Positions 40,224 through 49,670 of a stretch of 64,000 bases of DNA are shown piece by piece. The stretch is from assembly GCA_963823665.1 (NCBI GenBank), contig CAWGMQ010000004.1:1088001-1152000 (forward strand), given 5' to 3'. A program made the position numbers and the translations under genes. Each line of letters begins with the position of its first letter. Positions within the stretch are counted from its first letter, which is position 1. The notes under the pieces are model-generated. The model was not told where the DNA came from, did no database searches, and was given only the letters and a program-made list of their open reading frames with translations. The stretch comes from an uncultured Planctomycetota bacterium. Its GTDB lineage: Bacteria; Planctomycetota; Planctomycetia; Isosphaerales; Isosphaeraceae.

Positions 40224-43200
40224 CTACGGGTGCGGCTCGTGCGCCTTGCGAATCAGGGCATCGACCTCGGCCCAGAGGGCCAGCCAGTCCCGGCGCTCGG
40301 CCTCGGGGAGACGGGCGAGGCCCTCAGCATGGCGGACGCTGACCAGGTCGGTGTCCTTCCGCCATTGTCGCATCGCCCGGAGTACGAGATTGCGATCCTG
40401 CGGCGAGCCGGATGCCAGCGTATGGGACCAGATCTTCAGGTCGATCTTGAGCCACCGGAGAGCCTGGCGCCGTAAGTCGGCTGCGGATGCGATGTCGGGC
40501 GGCGCTTCGTGCTGCCCTTCGCCCGCTGCGGCCATCACGGCGGTGCAGGCCGCACTGAACCAACACTGGAAGCGGCGATCGTCGCCGAGCATCGGATCCG
40601 CTTCAAGCGCCCAGTCCCAGTACCGGGCCGACGCGACGAATCTCTTTTGGTCGGAGCAGATCAACGCCGAGTCCAGCGATTCCATGGGGTCGTTCGGCCG
40701 CGCCTCGCCGGTTGGCCTGGTTGGCAGCCGCGCAGTCCGCGCGGCCATTCGCTCGACGTGGGCGACCCAAGCCGCCGAATGCCAGCGATCGGGGACCAGG
40801 TTCGGACCCGTCTCCCGGACCTTCCGGATCATGGCCAGTGCTTCGGTGTATTCTCCCTTCTTCTGGAGGGCCATCGCGATTTGGAGGACGACGAAATGTT
40901 CATTTACCTGGGAGTCCTTCAGACGTATCGCCTCACGATACTCGCGGATGGCCCCGTCGAGATCCTCCCGATCTTTCAGGATGGTGCCGAGGCACTCGTG
41001 GAGCCGCCCATCGGCGGGATTGGCCGCGATCGCCGCCCGGCACTCGGCTTCGGCTTCTTCGAACCGCCCGGTCCAGCGCAGATTATTGGCCAGCACATGA
41101 CGTGCCGAAGCGTCATCGGGCTTGATCCGGACGACTTCGCGGGCTTCCGCCACCGCTTCCTCGAGTCTCCGCTGGGTCAGCAAGGCCCGACAAAGAGCGA
41201 GATGGGTGGAGACGCTCGAGGGCCGAATGGCGACCGCCGTCGCCAGATGTCGAACCGCTTCCTCCGGGTCTGGGAAAAGATCTTCACTAGAGAGGCTCTC
41301 TTCCAGCGGCGGCCCGAGGGCGCGGGCCAGCTCGACACGGACCCGGAAGTCGTCCGGGTAGCGGCGGGCAGCCCTCCGCAAGACCGACGCCGCCCGCTCG
41401 CCATCGCCGCAGCCGAACTTGAGCTGACGGGCCAGCAACAAAAGTCCCGGCGCGGCCTGATCCTCCAGCCCGGGGTGTCCGGCCATGCGGTGGAACTCGG
41501 CCACCGCCGCAGGGTCGTTGTTCCCGAGCTTCTCCCGCAGGACGTCGCGCCACGGGTCGGGGTCGCCCCCGCGCGCCGCGGCCACCAGGCGCCGCCAATC
41601 CGACTCTCGGCGGCCCGCCGCTCGACGCACGAAGGCCCAGTCGTCGAGGTATCCGGCGAGCTCAACTGGGTCAGTTCGAGACGCCAGCCACTTTCCGGCC
41701 TCATCGGGACTGGTCGCATCGAGATCCAGCCCGGCATTACGGAAGGCTCCGGCATAGTCGGCGTCCGTCAGCTTCAACGAACTGTTCTCGACCCGATTGC
41801 CCCGGACCGACTCGAGTTCCGCCAGCAAAACGCGGTCGATCTCGATCTGCCGCGCCTTCTCAGCGGCGGCCGAGCGGTCTTGCTCGACCTCGGATACCAG
41901 TGCGTCGACGCGCCTCTTCAGAACCTCATCCGACTCGCCGTGCGCGAGCAGGCCGTCCGCCCGCTTCGCCGCCGTGAGCGCCGCTGACCAGCGGCCCGCG
42001 TCGGTTGGCGGCGCTGATCGCGCCTCGCCGAGTAGCCGGGACGCGTCCGACAGAGCCTCGTCGACGGCCAGGGCCGTTTTCGACAGGCGGTCGGCCCGCT
42101 GCCGCTGGTTCCAGGCGAAGCCGCCGCCGCCGAGCACGCCGAGCAGGATCAGGCTCGTAGCGACGACCGTCGTCAGGCGGCGCCGCGCCCGCTCCTCGAC
42201 GCGCTCCAATTCGGCCCGCCGTAACCGGTCCTGAACGCCCGCCAGGTAGTCTGTCATGCGGTCAGACACTGCGCCCGCCGTGGGGGGCCGGTCCTGCGCC
42301 TCACGAGCCAGGCAGTCCTTGGCCAGGGAGATCAGGTCGGCGTCGGCCCCACAGGCGTCGAGCCGCGCCAGGGCGCCTGCGGTGTCACCGAGCGCGGCGG
42401 TGCGCTGGATCTCGCCCGAGTTGCGGCCGACGAATGCGGGCTCGGCAGTCAGGATTTCGCAGAGGATCGACCCGAGCGCGAAGACGTCGGCCCGCTCGTC
42501 GACGTGCTCGGATCTCTCCCCGGGCCTGCTCAGGGGCCATGTAGCTCGGGGTGCCCAGGACCGATCCGGCGCGACGAGAGGTCGCTGTCGGCCGAGCCGC
42601 TCCGGGCCGTGGCGATGACCGTCTCGTCACGCTGGACCTTGCCAGCCTCGGCGTCGTCGGCGACACCGCCGCGGGCCAAGACCTTGGCGAGGCCCCAATC
42701 CATCACCTGGACCTCGCCGAAGGCGCCAACCATGACGTTCGACGGCTTCAAGTCGCGGTGGATCACCCCGCGCGCGTGGGCGTAGGCGACGGTCTGCGCG
42801 ACCGCCTCGAAGATCGTCAGCAGTCGGTGCAGGCCGTCGCGGGGGTCCTTGCGGGCGGCCACGAGGCGGGCGAGCGTGTCGCCCTTGACCAGCTTCATGC
42901 TGAAGAACGGCCGGCGGTCGCCCAGTGTGCCCATCTCGTAGATTGGCACGACGCCGGGGTGCTGGAGCTGGCCGCCGATCTGCGCCTCTTCGACGAACCG
43001 GCGGACCATGTCGGCATTGTCGCGGAAGTCTTCGCGGAGCACCTTGAGCGCGACGTCGCGTCCGATATCTGGGTCGCGGCCTTTGAGCACGGCGCCCATG
43101 CCGCCGCGGGCAATCTCGCCGTCGATCCGGTAGCGTGTGCCCTGGCCGGCGTCGCCGCCGCCCGGACGGTGGACCGGCGGCTCGGGCCCGCCGTCGGTGT

Positions 43201-43552
43201 CGCGGAGCAGGACGTGCGGGACCGCGCCGACGGTCGCCGAGAGGGTTTCAAGAACTCCCCTTGCTGGAGGCCGGAATTCGGCCGTATCGCCCGCGCGAAT
43301 GGGCCGGGGCTGGAAACCCTCGTGTCGCCGCCGCCACTCGAGCTCGATGGCGATGAGCTCGGCCTTGAGGGCGGCCCGAAACGGCCCATCACCGAAGGGC
43401 AGGTGATCCTCGAACCGGGGTCGATCGCCCGATCGCCACGCCGCCTCGAAGCGGTCGCAGAGCCGGTCGATCTCCTCGGACTCGCGGACCGAGAGCGTCG
43501 CCGGCCCTTCTTCCCGCCCGTTGTTCGACCCGATGCGATGTTGTTCGTTCAT
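40224..43552 (-). CDS. Ser/Thr protein kinase with TPR repeats (frameshifts near 42575 and 42510)
   Basis: IARGGMG, VALK, HRDLKPSN and MDWGLAK; GTPSYMAPEQ in a shifted frame; then TM and TPRs. Confidence 0.85.
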
Positions 43553-44136
43553 GAGCCCCCTTCGGCCAACCAGCGCTTGCGGATGAGGGCCAGCTTCCGC
43601 TCGACGGTCCGAAGCCCGCAGTTGAGTGCCGCGGCGATCTCTTCGTTGGCGTAGCCCTCCAGCCTGAGCCGGACGACCTGCCGGAGCGAGTCGTCGGAGA
43701 GGGCCTCGAACAGCCGGCGCGACTCATCCGCCACGAGCGCCGCGAACTCGGGCGAGGGGTCGGCGCCGGCGACCTCGGCCAGGACGCCCGGATCGTCGAA
43801 CTCGGCGAGTCCGCCGCGCTTGTGGCGGAGCTCGTCCCGCGAGGCGTTGCTAGCCTTGCGCGAGGCGATGGTGACGAGGAGCCGCCAGAGGTCGTCTCGG
43901 CTGTCCAGGCGATCGAACCGACCGGCGGCGGCGCCTCGGAAGAAGCTATCGAAGACACTCAGCGCGACGTCTTCGCCGTCGGCGGGTCCCCGCGAGGCAG
44001 CCCGCAGTCGCCCGTGGGCCAGCCGCGCGAGCTTGGCGAAATAGCGGTCCCAGAGGAGTTTCGAGGCGTCGTCGTGCCGTGAGGTCCCGAGGCCCCTGAT
44101 CCAGCCTGTGACAGAATCGGTGTTTTTGGTTCTCAA
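43549..44136 (-). CDS. ECF-type sigma factor (kinase-associated)
   Basis: SVTGWI, LWDRYFAKL, EDVALSVFDSF and EGYANEEIA..L.CGLRTVERKL; stop codon overlaps the kinase start. Confidence 0.85.
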   Translation of the reverse strand: MRTKNTDSVTGWIRGLGTSRHDDASKLLWDRYFAKLARLAHGRLRAASRGPADGEDVALSVFDSFFRGAAAGRFDRLDSRDDLWRLLVTIASRKASNASRDELRHKRGGLAEFDDPGVLAEVAGADPSPEFAALVADESRRLFEALSDDSLRQVVRLRLEGYANEEIAAALNCGLRTVERKLALIRKRWLAEGGS

Positions 44137-44437
44137 GAAAGCGGTCCTCGCTTATTCGGGCGGACGCTGACCTCGTGCTTCATTCTAGCGGCTCCTGTGG
44201 CGAACGCGAACCCAGACCCCTCCCCGAGACCGGATGGTCCGCAGCCAGACCCCCTCACTGTTTATCACCGTCTCCGAGACTGACCCGCCGCGCCGCACAA
44301 GGTTTTCCCGCCCCGGGAGTGCCCCGGGGAAGAAATCTTAACCGGCCATGGCGGGCCGGAGGCCGGGGCGGTGATCCTTGTCGTGAGGAGGCAGTACAAC
44401 CAGCCAATACAGCTCGACACGCCTTGAGGAATCATCC

Positions 44438-47400
44438 ATGTTCAGGAACGCGAAGGTAGGGACTGCCGTGCGCCATGGCAGGCTCCGCCGCGGCAGAAAG
44501 CCCGCACTCGAAACGCTCGAATCGCGGCGGCTACTTACGCTATTCACTCAAGAGGATTACCTCATTGCGACCGATTTCATTCAGGAATTCACGAACGGAG
44601 ATTTCCAGCAGCAGGTCGAGACGCCGGCTCCGTTTTCGACGTCGTTTCAGGACTCGTATAGTGACTCAGACGGCGCGGCTTCCGTTTCCGTTTCCCAAAC
44701 CGTGAGCACCTCTCCCGAGGCGCCGGACGGTGTCCAGAAGGGGACGATGAGCTTCAGCGACGCCGAGTCGGCCAGTTCAACCGGCCTTTCTGAAGACGAC
44801 GCCTACGGCTCTGAATATGCCACGCTCTGGTCGCTCGCATTCACGGCCCAGGCGAATGGTACGTTCACGCTCAATTACTCTGCGACGGCCCAGAACCTGA
44901 GCCCACTCGACGGCGACATCGAAATCATTGGTGCCTACAATACTGGAAATGGCAGCTATCAGATCCAGAAAGGCGCCGGCGCGGGCACCTACTCGCAGCC
45001 GGTCACGGCCGGTGTCCTGTACACGTTCGATTTCTCGGCCGGAAGCGAGCAGGGCTTCGGCAACCCAGACGTCGACCCAAGCCTCGAACCGGGAAGCGGG
45101 AGCGACTCTGCTTCCGGGCAGGTCCAGTGGGAACTCGACCTGGACCAGCCCCGCATCACCCCGTCTCTCAGCTTCGATGACGAGTCGGGCGGGGTGGACG
45201 TTGGCTACACGATCAGCCAGGCGGACCTGCCCGCGGCGACGACGGTCAACCTCTACTGGGCCTCCGGGACCACGCCCGACACCGAGATCGGCGGACCGCT
45301 CGCGAGCATCACGACGGACACAGCGCAGGGAAGCTATGACTCTCCGCAACCGGCTTCCATCCTCGACAACCCGCCCGACGGCGCGAAGTACCTGATCACC
45401 GTCGCCGACCCCGACAACGCGGTCACCCCGGCCGACCCGAGCAAGTACGTGTCCCTCCCGCTGCCGGCGATCCAGGCGAACTCCGTCGATTGGACACACG
45501 GCGGTGGGGCGGACCTCAGCTACTCGATCACCGGCTCCGACCTGCTGCAGGCCACGACCGTTGCGCTATACTGGGCTCCGACTGAGACGTTCGACCCCGC
45601 TGACGACACCCTCGCCTACAGCACGTCGACCCAGACGGCGCTGGGCACATACTCGCTGCACGTGACCCCCGATGATTTCTTGAGCGGTCCGAACTGGAAT
45701 GACAGCCAGGACCAGTACTTGCTGGAGGTGGTCAACCCCGACAATTCCGTTGTCGAGTCCGACACCTCCGACAATGTTGCGGGTGTCCTTTACCTGCCGG
45801 AGTGGACCGGCCAGGGCTCGGATGACCTCTGGAGCGACGGCGATAACTGGCTCGGGGGCTTCGATCCCCCGGCGGGGGCCGACCTCTTGTTCCCGAGCGA
45901 CGGAGAGCAGCAAACGAACGACAATGATCTCGGGTTTACCTTCGACTCGGTGACCTTCGCGGGCGGCAACTACGATGTCTCCGGTCAAACGCTGTCGACT
46001 TCCGGCATACTCGATTTCCAGGCGGGGTCGACCGAGCTCGACTGCTCGGCAACCACCGCGGGCCCGACCACGGTTGATGCAGGCGCGAGCCTGACGATCG
46101 GAGCCGATTCGACTCTGAACGTTCTGAGCACCGACCCATTCAACATCAACGGGAACGTTTCCCTGTTCGGTAATTGTGACATTGCGGGCGATGCTTCAGA
46201 GGGGAGCACGGGCAAGTTGAATGCGGGCGTCAGTGCCTACTGCTCACTGGAAGCCAACAGCACCTTGAACGTTGACGGCGAAGTGACGCTTGACGACGGG
46301 AGCGTTTTTTCGGCATACAGTAACACGACGCTGAACTTCGGTGCCACCGCGACGGCCAGCCTGAACGGCACCGCGACGTTCATGCCCTCGTCCCATGTGA
46401 ACCTGCTTCCCAAGACGACCTTGAATACGTCCGGGAGCCTGACGCTGCAAACGTCGAGCAACTGGAACGAGAGTTTCGGCGCGATGTGGACTGCGGAATC
46501 CGGTAGCAACGCCTACGTCCATGGCAACATGAGCAGCTCGGGTACCTGCCAAATCGACGCTGGTGCCAACATCTATCAGTATTCCGGGAGTCAAGCGTCC
46601 TTCAATGGCGTGCTCGACTGCAATGGCAATTACAACATGGTTGCCGGCGCCAGTTCTGGCAGTGGAGCGATGGTGACACTTGGTGCCTCGGGAAACGTGA
46701 AAAATGGCGGCAATTGGAACATCGGCCTCTACGACACGCTGATTGATGCTGGTTCCTTCCAGTCGGGCGTTGGTGCCACTTTCAACAACCAAGGCCACGT
46801 TTCGGTCCTTGCGACCGCGACATGGAACGTGGGCCCGGGCGCCACGGCAAAAGACGGAGACTCGATTACCGTGGCGGCCGGGGCCACGCTGGACATCGGC
46901 GGCACGCTGACGGAGGGTACCGGAGGCTTCTTGGACGATTTCGGAGCCGTGACGATTGAGCCGGCGGGAGTCGTCGTCGACGACAGTACCGTCACGGTTG
47001 AAGCCGGCGCTGGTTTCAACGTCCTGGGCACACTCACGATCGGTGCCGGCGGCTCCTTCAACGTCGCCCCGGGGGCACTTTACACGGTCGTCACCATCGA
47101 CGCGATCAACCCCGTCGCGCCCAACCCGCGGAACACGCCGGTCGCGGCGGTGGACGTCACCTTCAACGAGGCGGTCGACGCGTCGAGCTTCTCCTCGGCC
47201 GCGGTCGCGCTCGCCGACGACGGCCAGCCCGTCGCCGTCTCCGGCCTCAGGCTGTCGCCGGTCTCGGGCGATACCTACGCAATCCAGGGCCTGACCGCCT
47301 TCACCGGGGCCGACGGGAGCTACACCCTGACGCTGAACGCCGCCGACGTCCAAGATCAAAACGGTATCGCCGGCAGCGGCTCACAATCGACCTCGTGGGT

Positions 47401-48649
47401 GATGGACACGACGCCGCCGACGAGCAAGGTCAATCTGCTTCCACAGCGCGGCAGGAGCCTGACCTTCCCCGTCTCGGTCACCGGCTCCGACGGCGGTTCG
47501 CCCACCTCCGGCGTCGTCTCGTATGCGATCTACTCATCGACCAGCGGCGGCCCGTGGAGCCTATGGACCACGGTCCCCGCCTCGAACCCGACGGCCAGCT
47601 TCACCGGCCAGAGCAACACGACCTACGCCTTTTACAGCATCGCGCACGACCTGGCCGGTAACACTGAAGTCAAGACGCCCACGATCGAAGCGAGCACCTA
47701 CCTGGGAAACCTGACACCGCCTGTCACGGTGGTTGACGGCACCACCGGGATCAATCCCAGCACCGTAAATACGACCACCGGCACATTCACACTGAATCTG
47801 ACTGGAAGAGATCCCGGCGGCGGTGCCGTTACCTACTTCGAGGTCTTGGTGTCGATCGATTCCGGCGCATTCAACCTCGCGGCGGCACCAATACCCGCTG
47901 GACCGCCCGACGCCTCGGGAAATGTCCACACGACCATCCCCTATCAGGGCCTCACCGACGGCATCCAGCACACCTACGCGTTCTACAGCATCGGGCTTGA
48001 CACCGCCGGCAACATGCAGTCGGCACCAGGTGCTCCCAATCTGATTCTCAGCGAGACGTTCGCGAGTGCGGTGCCCTCGCAGCTCCAGACGACGAGCTTC
48101 GTCGTTGAGAACGGCGCCGTTGAGCGGTCCTACATTCGCTACCTGCAAGTTGGATTCAACGAGTCCGACACGCAGTCTGGCGGCGAGCTCACGCAGATCG
48201 TCAATTCCCTCGGGACCGCATCTCCCGAGATCCAGCTCTACAAATACGACCTGAACGACGACGCCGCGAGCAAGACGGCCGTGTCGCTCTCGAGCGCGAA
48301 CGTCAAGGTTCTTGAGCACGCGATCGAGCTCGACTTCGGTGCCGGCGGCCTGGGCGGCAGCCCCAACACGACAACCGCCGATGGTTATTACGAGCTCGAC
48401 GTCAAGCTTCCCAGCGGAGCGACCGCGGTGCACCACTTCTACCGCTTGCTCGGGGACGTCACCGGTGATGGCACGGTGGACAACAACGATTTGAATGAAA
48501 TCGCGGCCGAGATCAATCTGTCGAACCCGAGCGGGCTAGCTCCGCTCGGGGCCGACGTCAACGGCGACGGCACCCTATCTGCGCTCGACCTGACGCTGGC
48601 GACCCGGGCGAAGGGACACAAGCTGAATTATGGGCTTTCCCTGGGATGA
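44438..48649 (+). CDS. Large surface/exported protein with beta-helix-like region, Ig-like domains and C-terminal dockerin-like motif
   Basis: RKPALETLESRRLL N-terminal motif; GDVTGDGTVDNND and ADVNGDGTLSALD EF-hand/dockerin repeats. Confidence 0.8.
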   Translation: MFRNAKVGTAVRHGRLRRGRKPALETLESRRLLTLFTQEDYLIATDFIQEFTNGDFQQQVETPAPFSTSFQDSYSDSDGAASVSVSQTVSTSPEAPDGVQKGTMSFSDAESASSTGLSEDDAYGSEYATLWSLAFTAQANGTFTLNYSATAQNLSPLDGDIEIIGAYNTGNGSYQIQKGAGAGTYSQPVTAGVLYTFDFSAGSEQGFGNPDVDPSLEPGSGSDSASGQVQWELDLDQPRITPSLSFDDESGGVDVGYTISQADLPAATTVNLYWASGTTPDTEIGGPLASITTDTAQGSYDSPQPASILDNPPDGAKYLITVADPDNAVTPADPSKYVSLPLPAIQANSVDWTHGGGADLSYSITGSDLLQATTVALYWAPTETFDPADDTLAYSTSTQTALGTYSLHVTPDDFLSGPNWNDSQDQYLLEVVNPDNSVVESDTSDNVAGVLYLPEWTGQGSDDLWSDGDNWLGGFDPPAGADLLFPSDGEQQTNDNDLGFTFDSVTFAGGNYDVSGQTLSTSGILDFQAGSTELDCSATTAGPTTVDAGASLTIGADSTLNVLSTDPFNINGNVSLFGNCDIAGDASEGSTGKLNAGVSAYCSLEANSTLNVDGEVTLDDGSVFSAYSNTTLNFGATATASLNGTATFMPSSHVNLLPKTTLNTSGSLTLQTSSNWNESFGAMWTAESGSNAYVHGNMSSSGTCQIDAGANIYQYSGSQASFNGVLDCNGNYNMVAGASSGSGAMVTLGASGNVKNGGNWNIGLYDTLIDAGSFQSGVGATFNNQGHVSVLATATWNVGPGATAKDGDSITVAAGATLDIGGTLTEGTGGFLDDFGAVTIEPAGVVVDDSTVTVEAGAGFNVLGTLTIGAGGSFNVAPGALYTVVTIDAINPVAPNPRNTPVAAVDVTFNEAVDASSFSSAAVALADDGQPVAVSGLRLSPVSGDTYAIQGLTAFTGADGSYTLTLNAADVQDQNGIAGSGSQSTSWVMDTTPPTSKVNLLPQRGRSLTFPVSVTGSDGGSPTSGVVSYAIYSSTSGGPWSLWTTVPASNPTASFTGQSNTTYAFYSIAHDLAGNTEVKTPTIEASTYLGNLTPPVTVVDGTTGINPSTVNTTTGTFTLNLTGRDPGGGAVTYFEVLVSIDSGAFNLAAAPIPAGPPDASGNVHTTIPYQGLTDGIQHTYAFYSIGLDTAGNMQSAPGAPNLILSETFASAVPSQLQTTSFVVENGAVERSYIRYLQVGFNESDTQSGGELTQIVNSLGTASPEIQLYKYDLNDDAASKTAVSLSSANVKVLEHAIELDFGAGGLGGSPNTTTADGYYELDVKLPSGATAVHHFYRLLGDVTGDGTVDNNDLNEIAAEINLSNPSGLAPLGADVNGDGTLSALDLTLATRAKGHKLNYGLSLG

Positions 48650-48915
48650 TCGACATCCCGCCCGGAAGAGGCGGCCGCGAGCTTCCGGAGTCGTGCCAGC
48701 TCATGCTCGCCGGCACAAAGAGCCCAGAAAGGCTGCTCGGGCGTCCTCCGCGGTCGGACCGACCCCCGCCGCGCCCAGTTGGCGAGCTTCCCGACCATGA
48801 TCGGCATGGATTCTGCCAGTCTCGGCAGCCACCATTCGTGCGGACGGAGCTGCTTCGTATGCGCCTCCAATCGCGCCGGGTCAGCTCCGCCTGGATGCCG
48901 CCGACCGTCGCGCAA
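48628..48915 (-). pseudogene. Probable C-terminal remnant of a large serine recombinase
   Basis: EWWLPRLA..M....KLANWARRGSV..R......WALCAGEHELARLRKL resembles, from recall, the HTH tail of Planctomycete recombinases; no catalytic domain is present. Confidence 0.35.
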
Positions 48916-49089
48916 GCAAATGTCGGACTTGACGTGGCCGAGCGTTCATCGGGCTTTTAAAGCGTGGCGTGCTCCCGCCAGCCAGGCGGTTGCTGACGGG
49001 CGGGTGACCGTTCGGTTTGGCGTGGGCGGACCGTCGTAAACGCACCGCGGGGGGTGGATGGGAGCCACGGGAAGCCGTGTGAAAGTGGT

Positions 49090-49364
49090 GGTGGGTTTCA
49101 GCCATCCTACCATGACGCTGGCGCCGGTGTACGAGGTTGTTCGTGCGGTTCGATGAATTGACCTGCCATGCAGCCAGATTCGCTCGACCAAGGTGAGGTT
49201 TTCATCACCGCGCCGGTGGTGGTCTTTGCGTAGTCGGCTGGCCGACAGGAGTGTCGGCCGTATGCGGTTGCGGTGGGCTACAGGTCCGGCAGTCGTACGG
49301 TTTCGGGCTGGACAATGCGTGTGGCGGTCCTGTCGTTTCTGGCTGGCCGACAGGAGTGTTGGCC
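49090..49364. repeat. Cluster of REP-like palindromes
   Basis: GTAGGATGGCTGAAACCCACC (minus strand, 49090-49110) and two GGCCGACAGGAGTGTYGGCC copies (49240, 49345). Confidence 0.55.
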
Positions 49365-49670
49365 GTACGGGTTGGCATGGGCTTGACGGGGAGCTGCCGT
49401 TCGTTCTGCGCAACCGGCGCGCGCGGTTTGACCTGTTTCCCGGTTTCGTGCCGGGGTGTGCGGATTTTGGGGGTTACGCAAGGGCGAGATTCTGGGGGAA
49501 GTTTTTGAAAGCGGCGATTTGGACTTTATATTGCTGAGTGAATGGTGATGCGGCCTTGATAAGAGAGGCTGCCCCTCTAATTACACATAGTTTTCACGTT
49601 TCTGAGTACTCGGTCGATTGCGGGCGGAACTTCGGGAGGCTCGCGAGACAGATAGGGTCATGGTGATGCG

